The translations under genes were made by a program, and so were the position numbers. A stretch of 64,000 nucleotides of DNA from NCBI RefSeq assembly GCF_036365525.1, contig NC_090405.1, forward strand, positions 24,986,001 through 25,050,000. Direction: 5' to 3'. Shown here piece by piece: positions 49,364 through 62,246 of the stretch. This stretch comes from Heterodontus francisci (Eukaryota). Each line of letters starts with the position of its first letter. Position 1 is the first letter of the stretch. The notes beneath the pieces are model-generated. The model saw only the letters and a program-made list of their open reading frames with translations. It was not told the DNA's origin and ran no database searches.

Positions 49364-52009
49364 GATTTCTGCAACAATTCAGCAAACAGAAACATGGAAA
49401 ATTTCCGGCGCAGAATGAGGCCATTCGGCCTATCGTGTCCGCGCCAGCGCAAAGAGAGCGATTCAGCCTCATCCCACAGTTTCTTGTTATTGGACAGTGA
49501 AGTGTGGAAACAGAAGCGGACAGTCAGGATGTGGGGAGTTACACAAAGAGAATCTATTATAGGCACCAGGTGAGAAGTGTGAAGGACACATTTTAAACAG
49601 CGGCTGTTTGGTTTCGCTTGAACGGTTAGACCATGGGAGCGGGAACTGGAAATCTGACCTGTGTAAAAGTCCCTGTTCCGTCGGTCAGTCCCATTCATGG
49701 CCCAGTGGATTGTTTCTGGATGTCATTTAATTGTTGTAAAATGGCCAAAGCCCCTGGTATGCAGTAGCTGGGGGCTGCAGGACTGCAGTGGAATCAGACA
49801 CTGACTCTGTTTGTGTTGCTGGGTTTCCTTTGTGATTGTTCACAATGATTATTCATTGAAAAATTGTTTTGGTCACTTTTGTATCTTCTACTACATCTCT
49901 TCCTGAATTATAATAAATACTTTTTTCTTTCCATAGGCAAATACTTGAAGGAAGCAGAATAAATGTAGTGATTCCTCGACACAAGGGGAAGTGAAGCCAG
50001 CTCCTCACACACAGTAAGTACAGTATCAACTCACAGAGAGCAGAGACATCAGTTCCACAATTACCGACAGCAGAAGTAGTCAGACCGGCATTGATCCCAA
50101 GTTCCAGAAACATTTATTCAATCCAACAGTCACTCAGAGCAGGAAAGACTGAAGTTGTCTCCATTTCACCCCAACTGACCAGTAGATACATCAATCCCAG
50201 TCCAAAATCACACCCACTATCAGATTGCAAGGCACTGTGTCACTCTCACAAGTGTGCAGCCTGAACTACAAATTCAATGTCAGATACAGCAGACAAACAG
50301 AACCTGATTGTAAAGTACAGAATTTATCCCAATAATGTACCCAGACTGCAGACTGAGCTCCATGTTACACACCACTCCACAAATCTCACAAATAGTCAGA
50401 GTGGAAGACACAGTATTAATTCCATTACTGCAAACTGAATGAACCTGACCATTACATACCAGGACATAAAACATATTGTAAGATGAAAGGACACAGACGT
50501 GAAATGTTAATTCTGTTTCTCTCTCCACATACGCTGCCTGAACTGCTAAGTATTTCCAGCAATTTTGTTTTTTTTAATTTCAGATTTGCAGCATCTGCAG
50601 AATTTTGCTTTTATTTTAGAGTTAAAGAAACATTGCCTTGTGAGGTGAGAGTGACTGCCCTTGATATCAAGGCAGCTATTGACCATGTATGGCATCAAGG
50701 AGCCCAAGCAAAACTGGAGTAAATGGGAATCGGGCAAAACTCTCTGCTGGTTGGAGTCATGCCTAGCACAAAGGAAGATGGCTGTGGTTGTTCAGGTCAA
50801 TCATCTCAGTCTCAGGACATTACAGCTGGAATTCCTCAGGCTCATGTTCTAGGCCCAACCATCTTCAGCTGCTTCATCAATGACCTTCCCTCCATCACAA
50901 GGCTGAAAGTGGAGATGTTCACTGATGATTGTGCAATGTTCAGCACCATTCATGACTCCTCAGATACTGAAGCAGCCCGTGCCCAGATGCAGCAAGACCT
51001 GGACAACATCCAGGCTTAGGCTGATAAGTGGCAAGTAACATTCACGTCACATAACAAATGAAAAAAGTGAGGAAATACTGAAGGGCTTTTATGGAATACA
51101 CGGAGACATGTTTCCACTTGTGGTGGTGTCTGAAACAAGAGCCAAAAATATAAAATCATCATTCCTAAAGCCAATGAGGAATTCATGAAAATTGTATTTA
51201 CGCAGTGAATGGATAGAATCTGGAATTTTCTATCACATGGAGAGATTGAGGTGATGCACTTAAGGGGAGGTGGAACAAGTGAGCAAGTGTATGGGGAGAA
51301 ATGAATTGAGCAATATACATATCAGGCTTTATTTTTCTTTATTTGTGCAAATGATGCAGGATGGCTGGAAATATTGTGTAGAGCATAGAGCAGTTGGGAC
51401 GATCCCAGTGCAGTGTTTTGTCTGGATGGATCTGCCCAGAATACATGTGATGCAGGAGCTGGGAGCTTCAGTACTTCAGTGGAGGCAGATACTGACACGG
51501 GTTTTCAATTGTGTGTGTTCTTAATAATTATTAATTCAGAAAGTAAATTCACATCTTTGATATTTTGCACCTCACCTGTTCTTGAGTTATGAGATGTATT
51601 TTTTCTTCATACAGGCAAATACTTGAAGATATTGTGATGAATGTGATGGTTGCTGCACTCGAGGCACAAGGAACAGTGCAGCCAGCTCCTCTCACACACA
51701 GTAGGTACATTATCACTCAGAGTACAGAGGTACAGATGGTTCATCAATTCCCTAGTCTCAGACTGTAGAAGTAGTCAGGCCCACATGGATCCCAAGTTCC
51801 AGAAACACATTTTCAATCCAACAATCAAACAAAGCAGGAGAGAAAGAAGTTGTTTCCATTTCGCCCCAATTCAGTCCCACTGATAGTCAGATACATCAAT
51901 CCCAGGTCAAAATCACACCCACTAGCAGATTGAAATACAATGTGTCAATCTAAATATAATGCAGACTTAGCTAGCAATTAAATATCAGATAGAATTGGTA
52001 CACGTTACT

Positions 52010-52871
52010 GTTTGTTATTGATTCCATCAATATCGGCGACCACACTCTGGAAGTGGTTCAAGAGTTCACCTACCTAGGCTCAACTATCACTAGTAACCTA
52101 TCTCTCGATGCAGAAATCAACAAGCGCATGGGAAAGGCATCTGCTGCTATATCCAGACTGGCCAAGAGGGTGTGGGAAAATGATGCACTGACACGGAACA
52201 CAAAAGTCCAAGTTTATCAAGCCTGTGTCCTCAGTACCTTGCTCTACAGCAGCAAGGCTAGACAACGTACATCAGCCAAGAGTGACATCTCAACTCATTC
52301 CATATTTGCTGCCACCGTAGAATCCTTGGCATCAGGTGGCAGGACTGTATCTCCAATGCAGAAGTCCTCGTGACGGTCAGCATTCCCAGCATATACACCC
52401 TACTGAGCCAGCGGCGCTTGAGATGGCTTGGCCATGTGAGCCACATGGAAGATGACAGGATCCCCATCTCGCATTGTGCAGGAACTCGTCACTGGTATCA
52501 GACCCACCGGCCATCCATGTCTCCGCTTTAAGGACGTGTGCAAACGCGACATGAAGTCCTGTGACACTGACCACAAGTCATGGGAGTCAGTTGCCAGAGA
52601 TTGCCAGAGCTGGCGGGCAGCCATAAAAGCGGGGCTAAAGAGTGGCGAGTCGAAGAGATTTAGCAGATGGCAGGAAAAAAGACAGAAGCACAAGGAGAGA
52701 GCCAACTGTGTAACAGCCCCGACAACCAATTTTATCTGCAGTGCCTGTGGAAGAGTTTGTCACTCTAGAATTGGCCTTTCTAGCCACTCCAGGCGCTGCT
52801 TCACAAACCACTGACCGCCTCTAGGCACTTACCCATTGTCTCTCGAGACAACGAGGCCAAAGAAGAAGAAG
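52010..52871 (+). mobile_element. 5'-truncated RTE-clade LINE
   Basis: VQEFTYLGSTIT, LSTLLY, LRWLGHV, C-terminal CSACGRVCHSRIGLSSH, (AAG)n tail. Empty site at ~14195 in the other arm. Confidence 0.88.
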
Positions 52872-53109
52872 ACTGATTGATTGGCACAGAATCTAACCGA
52901 ATGATGTACCCTGAGATTTAAATTAAATACCATACCCAAAGCTCACACCCATTGATTATAAAGGATGTTGAAACATCCCCATGGTGTACCCTGAGATACA
53001 AGTCCAACATTCATTACAGTGAAAGTTTCAAAGGTGCTGAAAGATATTGTAAGCTGAGACACAAATTAGATACCAGTTCAGAACTCACCCACACTGTGAA
53101 ATGGAAAGA

Positions 53110-53370
53110 TACAGAATCAATTCCATTAGTGTAGATTGGTCTAAACATTATATACCATTCTAAAAACTCATACAATACCAAACTGAAATACAGTATCAAT
53201 ACTATTCATGTAGATTGATCTGAACATTGTATATCATTCTAAAAACTCATACAGTATCAATTCCATGAGTGCAGATTGATCTAAACATTACATACCATTC
53301 TAAAAACTGATACAATATCAAACTGAAATACAGTATCAATTCCATTACTGTAAATTTATCTAAACATTGC
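53110..53370 (+). repeat. About 4 copies of a 60-80-bp degenerate tandem unit
   Basis: CAGTATCAATTCCAT..GTAGATTGATCTAAACATT..CATTCTAAAAACTCATACA recurs at about 53111, 53191, 53252 and 53331. Confidence 0.7.
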
Positions 53371-53609
53371 CAGTCCAAAAATCACATACAGTATCAGACT
53401 GAGCAATGCTGATACGAAGTGTAAACTGTGATGTAAATTAGATGCCTGGGTAGAACTCACCCAGACTGCAGAATTGAAAAATACAGTTGACTGTGATCCA
53501 CATTATTTACCAGCCAAAAACATCTCATACATGATCAGAGTGAAATAGATTATCAATTCCATTTGTGTAGACTGAACTCCACATTACAAACCAGTAAAAA
53601 CTCTCATAC

Positions 53610-53712
53610 AGAGGTATGGTGATTTTGTGGTTACATTAAAGGACGAGTAATCCAAAAGTCTCCACTAATGGTCCAGAGACATGAGTTCAAATTCCACTGC
53701 AGCAGCTGGATA
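53610..53712 (+). mobile_element. tRNA-derived SINE head remnant; mirrored at 13620-13722 (-)
   Basis: GGACGAGTAATCC...GAGTTCAAATTCCAC resembles the head at 4170-4262. Confidence 0.55.
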
Positions 53713-53714
53713 AT

Positions 53715-56700
53715 TTATAGAATCAAAGCAAGTTTATGGCACAGCAAGAGGCCATTTGGCCCATCATGTCTGTGCCAGATGAAAAACTTTCCACCCATTC
53801 TAATCCCACATTTCAGCATTTGGTCGGTACCCCTGCAGATTACGGCATTTGAGGTGTATATCCTTTTGAATGAGCTGAGGGTTTCTGCCTCAACTACCCT
53901 TTCAGGCAGTGAGTTCCAGACACCCACCACCCTCTGGCTGAAAAAATGTTTTCCTCATCTCCCCTGTAATCTTTCTGCCAATCACTTTAAATCTATTCCC
54001 CGAGTCACTGATTTCTTTGCTAAGGTAAACAGGCCCTTCACTTCAACTCTATCCAGACTCCACAAAATTTTGTACATTTCAGTCAGATCTCCCCTCAGCC
54101 TTCTCTGTGCCAAGGAGAACAGCCCCAGCCTATCCAATCTTTCCTCACAGCTGCATTGTTCCAGTCCCAGCAACATCCTCGTAAATCTCCTCTGTACTCT
54201 CTCTAGGGCAATTACATCCTTTCTGTAATGAGGTGCTCAGAACTGCACACAGTACTCAAGTTGTGGCCTGACTAATGATTTATACGGTTCCAGCATAACC
54301 TCTCTGCTCTTATATCTATCCCTCGGCTAATAAAGGAAAGGATTCCATATGCCTTCTTACCACCTTATCGACCTGTCCTGCTACCTTCAGGGATCTGTGG
54401 ACATTTACCCCAAGGTCCCTCACTTTCTCTACACCTTTCAGCATTTTCCTATTAATTGTGTATTCCTTTGCCTTGTTTGACCTCCCCAAATGCATCACCT
54501 CACACTTCTCTGGATTGAATTCCATTTGCCATTTTTCTGCCCATCTGGCCAAACCATGAAGATCTTCCTGCAGCCTACAGTTATCCTCCTTGCTATTTAC
54601 CACATGGCCAATCTTTGTGTCATCTGCAAACTTCTTGATCATGCCTCCTACATTTAAGTGCATGTAGACTACATCAGCTGCACTGCCCTCAACTATCTTC
54701 CTTTTTAATTCTTCAAAATTTTGATCAAGTTGGTCAGACAAGATCTTCCCTTAACAAATCCATGCTGACTATCCTTGATTAATCTGTGCCTTTCTGAGTG
54801 ACATTTTATCCTGTCTCTCTGAATAGATTCCAATAATTTTCCCACTACTGAGGTCAGACTGACTGTCCTGGAATTATTCGGTCTAGCCCTCACTCCCTTT
54901 TTAAACAGAGGTACAATTTTAGCAGTCCTCCAATCCTCCAGCACAACACCTGTATCCAGTGAGGTCTGAAAAACGATGGTCAGACCTTCCGCTATTTCCT
55001 CTCTTGCTTTTGAAGAGCCTGGGGTTCATTTCATCCGGCCCTGGTGATTTATCAATTTTCAAATAAGCTAATTCCATTAATATGTCCTCTCTCCCTCTGT
55101 TGATCACATCTAATACTTCACACCCCTCTTCGTTATCTACAGTATCTGCATCATCCCCCTCTTTTGTGAAGACAGATGCAAATTATTCATTAAGAACAAT
55201 GCCAGCATCTTCTGCCTCTACACATAGGTTGCCTTTTTGGTCTTTTCTGTGCCCAACTCTTTCCTTAGTTCTCCTTTTACTCTTACTGCATTGATAAAAC
55301 ATTTTTGTGTTCACCTTGATTTTGATTGCCAATATTCTTCCATGCCCGCTCTTAGTTTCCCTAATTTCGATGTTGATTCCGCATCCCCATTCCCCCCCCC
55401 CCGCTCCACTCCACATTCTATACCCCTCTCGGCTTACTGTAGTATTGAGTTCTCTATGTCGGGCATAATTTTTCCTTTACTGTCTTATCATACCCATAAG
55501 CTCCTTGACATCCATGGGGCTCTAGATTTGGCCGTCCCACCCTTTTTCTTTGAGGGAACATGTTGACTCCGAACCCCTTGAATCTCCCCTTTGAATTCTT
55601 CCCACTGCTCTGACACTGATTTACCTTCAAGTACCTGTTTCCAGTCCACTTTTGCTAAATCACTCTTCAGCTTAGTAAAGTTGGCCTTGCCCCAACTGAG
55701 AACTTTAACTCCTGTTCTATCCTTGTCCTTTAATAATTATGTTAACTCTGACTGAATTATGATCACTCCCACCAAAATGCTCTCCCACTGCCACTCCTTC
55801 CACCTGCCCATCTTCATTTCCTAAAACTACATCTAAAACTTCACCCTCTCTTGTTGCACTTGCTACATATTGGCTAAAAAAAAGTTCTCCTGAATGCATC
55901 ACAAGAATTCTGCTCCCTCAATTCCTTTCACACTAAAAGTATCCCAGTTCATGTTGGGGTGGTTAAAATCCCCTACTGTTATTGCCCTATTGTTCTTGCA
56001 CTTCTTAGAGATTTGCCAACATATCTGCTCTTCTATCTCCCTCTGACTGTTTGGGGGTCTTTAGTACACTCCCAGCAGTGTGATAGCACCGTTTTTTTTC
56101 CTTCGCTCAATCTATACGGCCTCATTTGATAAACCTTCCAACATATCATTCCTTCTCACAGCTGTATTAGTTTCTTTGACCAAAATTGCCACTCCCCCTC
56201 CTTTCTTATCCTCCTCCCTATCGTGTCTGAAAACCCTGTAACCAGTAATGTTGAGCTGCCATTCCTGTCCCTCCTTAAGCCATGTTTCTATAATAGCTAT
56301 GATATCATACTGCTACGTGTCTATCTGTGCCCTCAGCTCATCTGCTTCGTTTTCTATACTCCTTGCGTTGAACTTGATACTCTTGAGCACTGCCAAACTT
56401 TAAAAAAAATTTCTAACCTTTGTTTCCTCTGTCTTCCAGACTCATCCATTAATTTTCTGCCTTCCATTTTCATTTTTAATTTTGTCCCATCTGAGTCTAC
56501 CTTCCAGTCCCCACCCCCCTGCCAAATGAGTTTAAACCCTCCCCAACAGGACTGGAAAATGTCCCACAAGGAACTCCATCCAGGCTCTGTTCAGGTGTAA
56601 CCCATCCGAGCTGTCCCAAGAATCTAAAGCCCTCCCTCCTGCACCATCTTTCCAGCCAGGCATTTATCTGTCTTATCCTTCTATTCCTGTACTCATTTTT

Positions 56701-57420
56701 GCCTGGCACTGGGAGTAATCCGGAGAATACTGCTTTTGATGCTAATTTCTTACCTAGCTCCCTAAATTCTGACTGGAGGACAACATCCTTCTTTCAACTT
56801 TGTCATTGGTTCCGATGTGGACCACAACTGCTGGCTGTTCACCCTCCCCCTTTAGGATGCTCTGTAACTGCTTAATGACATCCTTGACCCTGGCAGCAGG
56901 GAGGCACCACAGTTTTCTGGGATTCACGTCTACAGCCACAGAAATGCCTGATTGTTCCCTTGACTATTGAATCATCTATCACTATGGCTTTTCCAGTCTG
57001 TACTCCCCTTTGCAGCTGAGCCACCCGTGGTGCCATGGATTTGGCTCTGGCTGCACTCCCCAACTGAAGCATCACTGTCCTCTGTATTCAGAACCTGTTG
57101 GAGAGTGTGATGCACTCAGGGTGTCCTGCACTACCTGCCTGATTCTCTTTGACTGCCTAGTGGTCACCCATTCCCTCTCTCCCTGCATACTCTTAATCTG
57201 TGGGGTGACCACATCTATAAACATGCTATCCATATAACTCACTTCTCACGAATGCACCGCAGTTTCACCAGCTGCCGCTTAAGTTCCAAACCCAGAGCTT
57301 AAGCAGCTGCAATTGACAATACTTCCTGGCACAAATGGTTCTCCAGGATACGGGAAGCATCCTGGAGCTCCCACATAGCACAAGAGGTGCATTCTCGAGG
57401 TTGAAGCACCCCTGCCATTC
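53715..57420 (-). mobile_element. Near full-length decayed CR1 LINE including esterase-type ORF1 (~56500-57410)
   Basis: ORF1 remnants CLPAARVKDV, VVVHIGTND, INAWLERWC. ORF2 remnants GGSDHN, KFADD. Confidence 0.88.
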
Positions 57421-58404
57421 CTTTATGTTAGCCCTTTTTCTGCTGCCACAGATCATGATGGGCCAAGTGGCCTCTTTCTCTGCCTTAAACCTTCTATGAT
57501 TCTATCATGTTCACTAACATTATCCCCCTTCATATACAGCACCACAGAGAGAGAATAAGTCCGACCATTCCTAACAGTGTGCCCATATCACACTGTATTA
57601 CACATTCATATGTATCATCAGAGACAGTATCAGTAACACAATAAAGTGCACACGTATCACACTCAATAACTTTGATAACAATAATGTATCCCAAACATAT
57701 GTACAGCATTTAGAGAGGAAGAGAGACAGTATCAATAGTGCATTTTCTATCAGTATGTCCATATCACACCCAATAACTGGATCCCACGTTTATAGAGAGC
57801 ACTCGAAACAGAGCTGATAGTGAAAAATTGAGAGAGACGGGGGCAGGGTGGAAACGGGCGGGGGGTGATGTGAAGTGAGACAGAGAGAGATCCCCATCAG
57901 CAGTTACAGGCTGACCTGGAAGCCTCATTTTATCTTGAAAGATCCGTGGGAGACAGACGGTGCAGTCTCATCTCTAACTGATACTATGTCATAAACAGAC
58001 ACATTATTATTCCTCGACTCTGTGAAACAGTTCGTGAGTTGAACAATGTTCCAAATTTAACGCTCTTGGCCCTGTTGATCTCTGCAATCTTTCAGCTCAC
58101 ACCGTTCGATATGACTGTCAGTGAGGGACAGTTTCAATGTGATGACATTAATCTGGGACTGTTACTGTCAGATATTAACTCCTGCGCGATCACAGCAAAC
58201 ACAGCGACTCCCTCGGAGGATTGCTTTGAGAAGACGGGTGAATGAAGAGCAAACACACTGCAGGGAATGATCTCAAACTGAGCTTCAGAAAGGGGGAATC
58301 CCCCAGCTTGAAACGTTCTCTGACCTTTCCCCAAAGCCCCAGTTCCTTTGCTCAAACTCGGAGAAAACTGAACTGGGGAAAGTTCCAATTTATTTTTGTT
58401 TTCT

Positions 58405-59058
58405 GAATGATTGGGGAAAGAAGCGCATGCGCGATGCAGTCCCGCCCGCCTCGCTGATTGTTCAGGAGCATCCCCTTGCCGTGTCCTTTCGCGTCATTTA
58501 CTCTGTGAGCGGAAGAAGTTTGTTTGAAACAGATGGGAGTCCTGGTGTAAGCGAGTAAACAGCAGTCTCCTTCCAGCAGCACGTTGTTTTGTGAACCTGT
58601 CCGCAGAGGGGCTCAGAGATCAACAAGGGCGGCACAGTGGCGCAGTGGTTAGCACCGCAGCCTCACAGCTCCAGGGACCCGGGTTCGATTCCGGGTACTG
58701 CCTGTGTGGAGTTTGCAAGTTCTCCCTGTGTCTGCGTGGGTTTTCTCCGGGTGCTCCGGTTTCCTCCCACAAGCCAAAAGACTTGCAGATTGATAGGTAA
58801 ATTGGCCGTTATAAATTGTCACTAGTATAGGTAGGTGGTAGGGAAATATAGGGACAGGTGGGGATGTTTGGTAGGAATATGGGATTAGTGTCGGATTAGT
58901 ATAAATGGGTGGTTGATGTTCGGCACAGACTCGGTGGGCCGAAGGGCCTGTTTCAGTGCTGTATCTCTAATCTAATCAAATTGACTCTGGAGCAAGTTCG
59001 GGGGCTGTTTGTAAGAGGCGGAGTTGAGCAGGAACTGGTCCCGGAACATGGAGTGAGC
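58405..59058 (+). promoter_or_regulatory. Diverged third copy of the promoter / first exon, split by a SINE
   Basis: Perfect NRF1 palindrome GCGCATGCGC (58423), GC box CCCGCCC, GATTGG, GCGGAAG, and ATGGA|GTGAGC (59048-59058). Confidence 0.55.
58627..58981 (+). mobile_element. V-SINE (HE1-like), full length
   Basis: GGGCGGCACAGTGGCGCAGTGGTTAGCACC head, B box GGTTCGATTCC. Confidence 0.9.
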
Positions 59059-59369
59059 GCGGAAGGAGAAGCCTTTCTCAGGCGATTTGTGGACAAGGGA
59101 AGGGAGACAGAACGGGAAGAAGCTGCTGTTGAAAATAATTGTTGTTTTCTATCCTCAAACCTGTAATGCATGTTCCTGGTTTAGCTCCAGTTTCACACTG
59201 TTTGTTGTTATTGAGCAGTGAATAGAGGGAACAGAGCCGGACAGTAGGGATGGGGACAGTTATGCAAACGACACTTATGGCTGGCACCAGGTGAGAAGTG
59301 TCAAGGGTTTGAACAGCGGCTGTTGGTTTCGGTTGAATGGTTGGTGGAATGAGAAACAAGGAAATGGCA

Positions 59370-61510
59370 GAGACTTTGAACAAGAATTTTGCATGTCTTC
59401 ACTGAAGACACTAAAAGCATCCCAAGAATAGTAGAAAATCAAGGCGGAAAAGGAGGGAGGAATTTGAAACAATCACTATCACTAGAGAAAATGTACGAAG
59501 AAAACTAATGGGACTAAAGGCTGACGGGTCCCCTGGACCTGATGGCTTGCATCGGTTTAAAAGAAGTGGCGACAGAGATAGTGGACGCATTGGTTGTAAT
59601 CTTCTTAAATTCCCTAGATTCTGGAACAGTTCCAGTGGATATTAAAACCACAAATGTAACGCCCCTATTCAGGAAAGGAGGAAGAGAGAAAGCAGGCAAT
59701 GACAGGCCTGCTAGCCTAATGGGTGTCATTGGGAAAATGCTGGAATCCATGATGAAGTAAGGAGCAAAAGAACATTTATAATACAATCATGCAGAGTCAA
59801 CATGGATTTATGAAAGGGAAATCATGTTTGACAAAATTAGTAGAGTTCTTTGAGGATGTAACAAGCAGGGTAGATGCAGGGGAACCAGTAGATGTAGTGT
59901 ATTTGGACTTTTAAAAGGTATTTGCTAAAGTGCCATGTATAAGATTACAACACAAGGTAAGAGCTCATGGTATTGAGGGGTAATATATCAGCATGGATAG
60001 AGGATTGACTATTGAACAAGAAACAGAACTGGGATAAATGGGTCATTTTCAGGTTGGCAAACTGTAACTAGTGGGGTGCCACAGGGATCAGTGCTGGGGC
60101 CTCAACTACTTACAATCTATATTAATGATTTGGATGAAGGGACCGAGTGTGAAAGGGAGTTCAGTCACCCTCTGTCCATAATAGACCACACGAGACTCAA
60201 GCTCTTTGTTCACCGGTTTATTGCATGCATCTGCAAGGGAGACCGTACCCATTCGAGATGGTGTACGAACTCCCCAAATAGTTCCAAAAACATCATTTTT
60301 ATACCATTTTACAGATAGCAGCTCATTTACATTTACCAATCATTCTGTTACACAGTCTTGTCTCTTATCTCAATCCAGTTGTGTCTACTTGTACATAGCT
60401 AGGTTACCCAATTACATTCTAAGCAGGTATACATTATACTATCCAATCATTAGCAAGGCACGAACACATGAAACTTTCACCCTTGTCTGGTTTATGTCAG
60501 ACATGACTACTCGTGGTTCATCAGGCCTTCTCCTTTGTTCACTGTTACATGTCCTTTTCCCTTTCACCTCCCCCTTCAGAATGTATTGTAACTAAATTTA
60601 CTGATACAAAGATAGGTGGGAAAGCAAGTTGTGAGGAGGACACAAAGAGTCTGCAAAGGGATAAAGACAGGTTAAATGTGTGGGCAAAAATTTGGCAAAT
60701 TAAGTATAGTGTGGGGAAAATGTGAGGTTATCCACTTTGGTAGACTGTATAGAAAAGCAGAATATTATTTAAATGGAGAGAGACTGCAGAATGCTGTGGT
60801 ACAGAGGGATCTGGGTGTCCTTGTGTATGCATCCCAAAAAGTTAGCATGAAAGTACAGCAAGTAATTAGGAAGGCTAATGGAATGTTGGCCGTTATTGCA
60901 AGGGGGATGTGGTATAAATGTAGGAAAGTCTTGCTGCAACTGAACAGGGTGTTGGTGAGACCTCACCTTGAGTGTTGCCTACAGTTTTGGTCTCCTTATT
61001 TAAGGAGGAATATATTTGCATTGGAGGTAGTTCAGGCAAGTGTCACGAGGTTGATTCCTGGGATGAATGGTTCTCTTGTGAGGAAAGGTTGACTTGGTTG
61101 TGCTACACTCATTGGAGTTCAGAAGAATGAGAGGTGATCTTTTGAAACATATAGGATACTGAGGGGCTTGATGATGTTGAGATGATGTTTCCCCTCAAGA
61201 GGGGAAACAAGAACTCGGGGGAACAGTTTCAACATAAGGGATCTCCCATTTTCGATGGAATTGAGGAGGAATTTCTTCTCTCAAAGGGTTGTTGTTCTTT
61301 GGAATTCTCTACCCAAGAGGATGGTGGAAGCTGGTCATTGAATATATTCAAGGCTGAGTTAGACTGACTTTTGATTTACAAGGGAGTGAAGTGTTATGGG
61401 GACAGGCAGGACAGTGGAGTTGAGACTATGATCAGATCTGCCATGATCTGATTGAATGGTGGAACAGACTCGACTGGCAGATGGCCTAATCCTGCTCCTA
61501 GTTCTTGCAT
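59370..61510 (+). mobile_element. 5'-truncated CR1 LINE interrupted by a solo LTR
   Basis: [21 protein letters not shown] continues into TKFTDTKIGG after the insert; RPHLECC. Confidence 0.88.
60150..60578 (-). mobile_element. Solo LTR (429 bp)
   Basis: TG...CA ends with short terminal inverted repeats (TGAAAGGGAG / CTCCCCCTTCA), 5-bp TSD GAGTG/GAATG, minus-strand TATAAAA (~60297-60303) and AATAAA (~60217-60222). Splits a contiguous CR1 RT. Confidence 0.8.
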
Positions 61511-62246
61511 TATAATGCCAGCTGGAATTAAAAACCTGACTTGTGCAAATATCCCTGCTCCAGCAGGTATTCCCATTATTGGAGCAGTGCAGATGTTGGG
61601 TTGTTCCTGGATGTCACTAAATTGTTATAAAACTACCAAAGAAGACCTGATCAGCAGAAGCTGAGTGCTGCAGTGGAATCAGACACTGACACTCTTTGTA
61701 TTACTGATCATCCTGTGTGGTTGGTCATAATGATTATTAATTGAAATATTACATTCATGTCTTTTCTAGTTTCCACCTCAATTGATCTTGAGTTACAAGA
61801 GATATTTTTCTTTCTTTCTGTCGGCAAATACTTGAAGGAACCAGAAGGAATGTGATGATTCCCCGGCACAAGGACATGTACAGTCCACTCCTTCTAACAC
61901 AGAGTAGGTACATTATCACTCCCAGAGCTCAGAGACACAGACAGGCCATGAGTTCCACAGTCACAGAGAGCAGAAGCAGTCAGACTCACACTGATCCCAA
62001 GTTCCAGAGACACATTTTCAATCCAGCAGACAATCAAACAAAGCAGGAGAGGCAGAAGTTGTTTCCAATTCACCCCAACTCAGTCCTGCTGAAAGGTAGA
62101 TCCATCAATCTCAGTTCAAAATCACACCCACTATCAGATTGAAAGGCACCGGATCAATCCCACAAGAGTGCAGCCTAAGCTACAAATTAAATATCAGGTA
62201 GAGCAGCTGATGGAAAGGTACAGAATGAATCCGAATAATTTAGCAC

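Noticed and set aside
57839-57866. G-quadruplex-like G-tracts
   Set aside because: A single pattern match with no supporting context.
58627-58700. tRNA genes at SINE heads
   Set aside because: The A/B boxes continue into SINE body and LINE-type tail; they are not stand-alone tRNAs.
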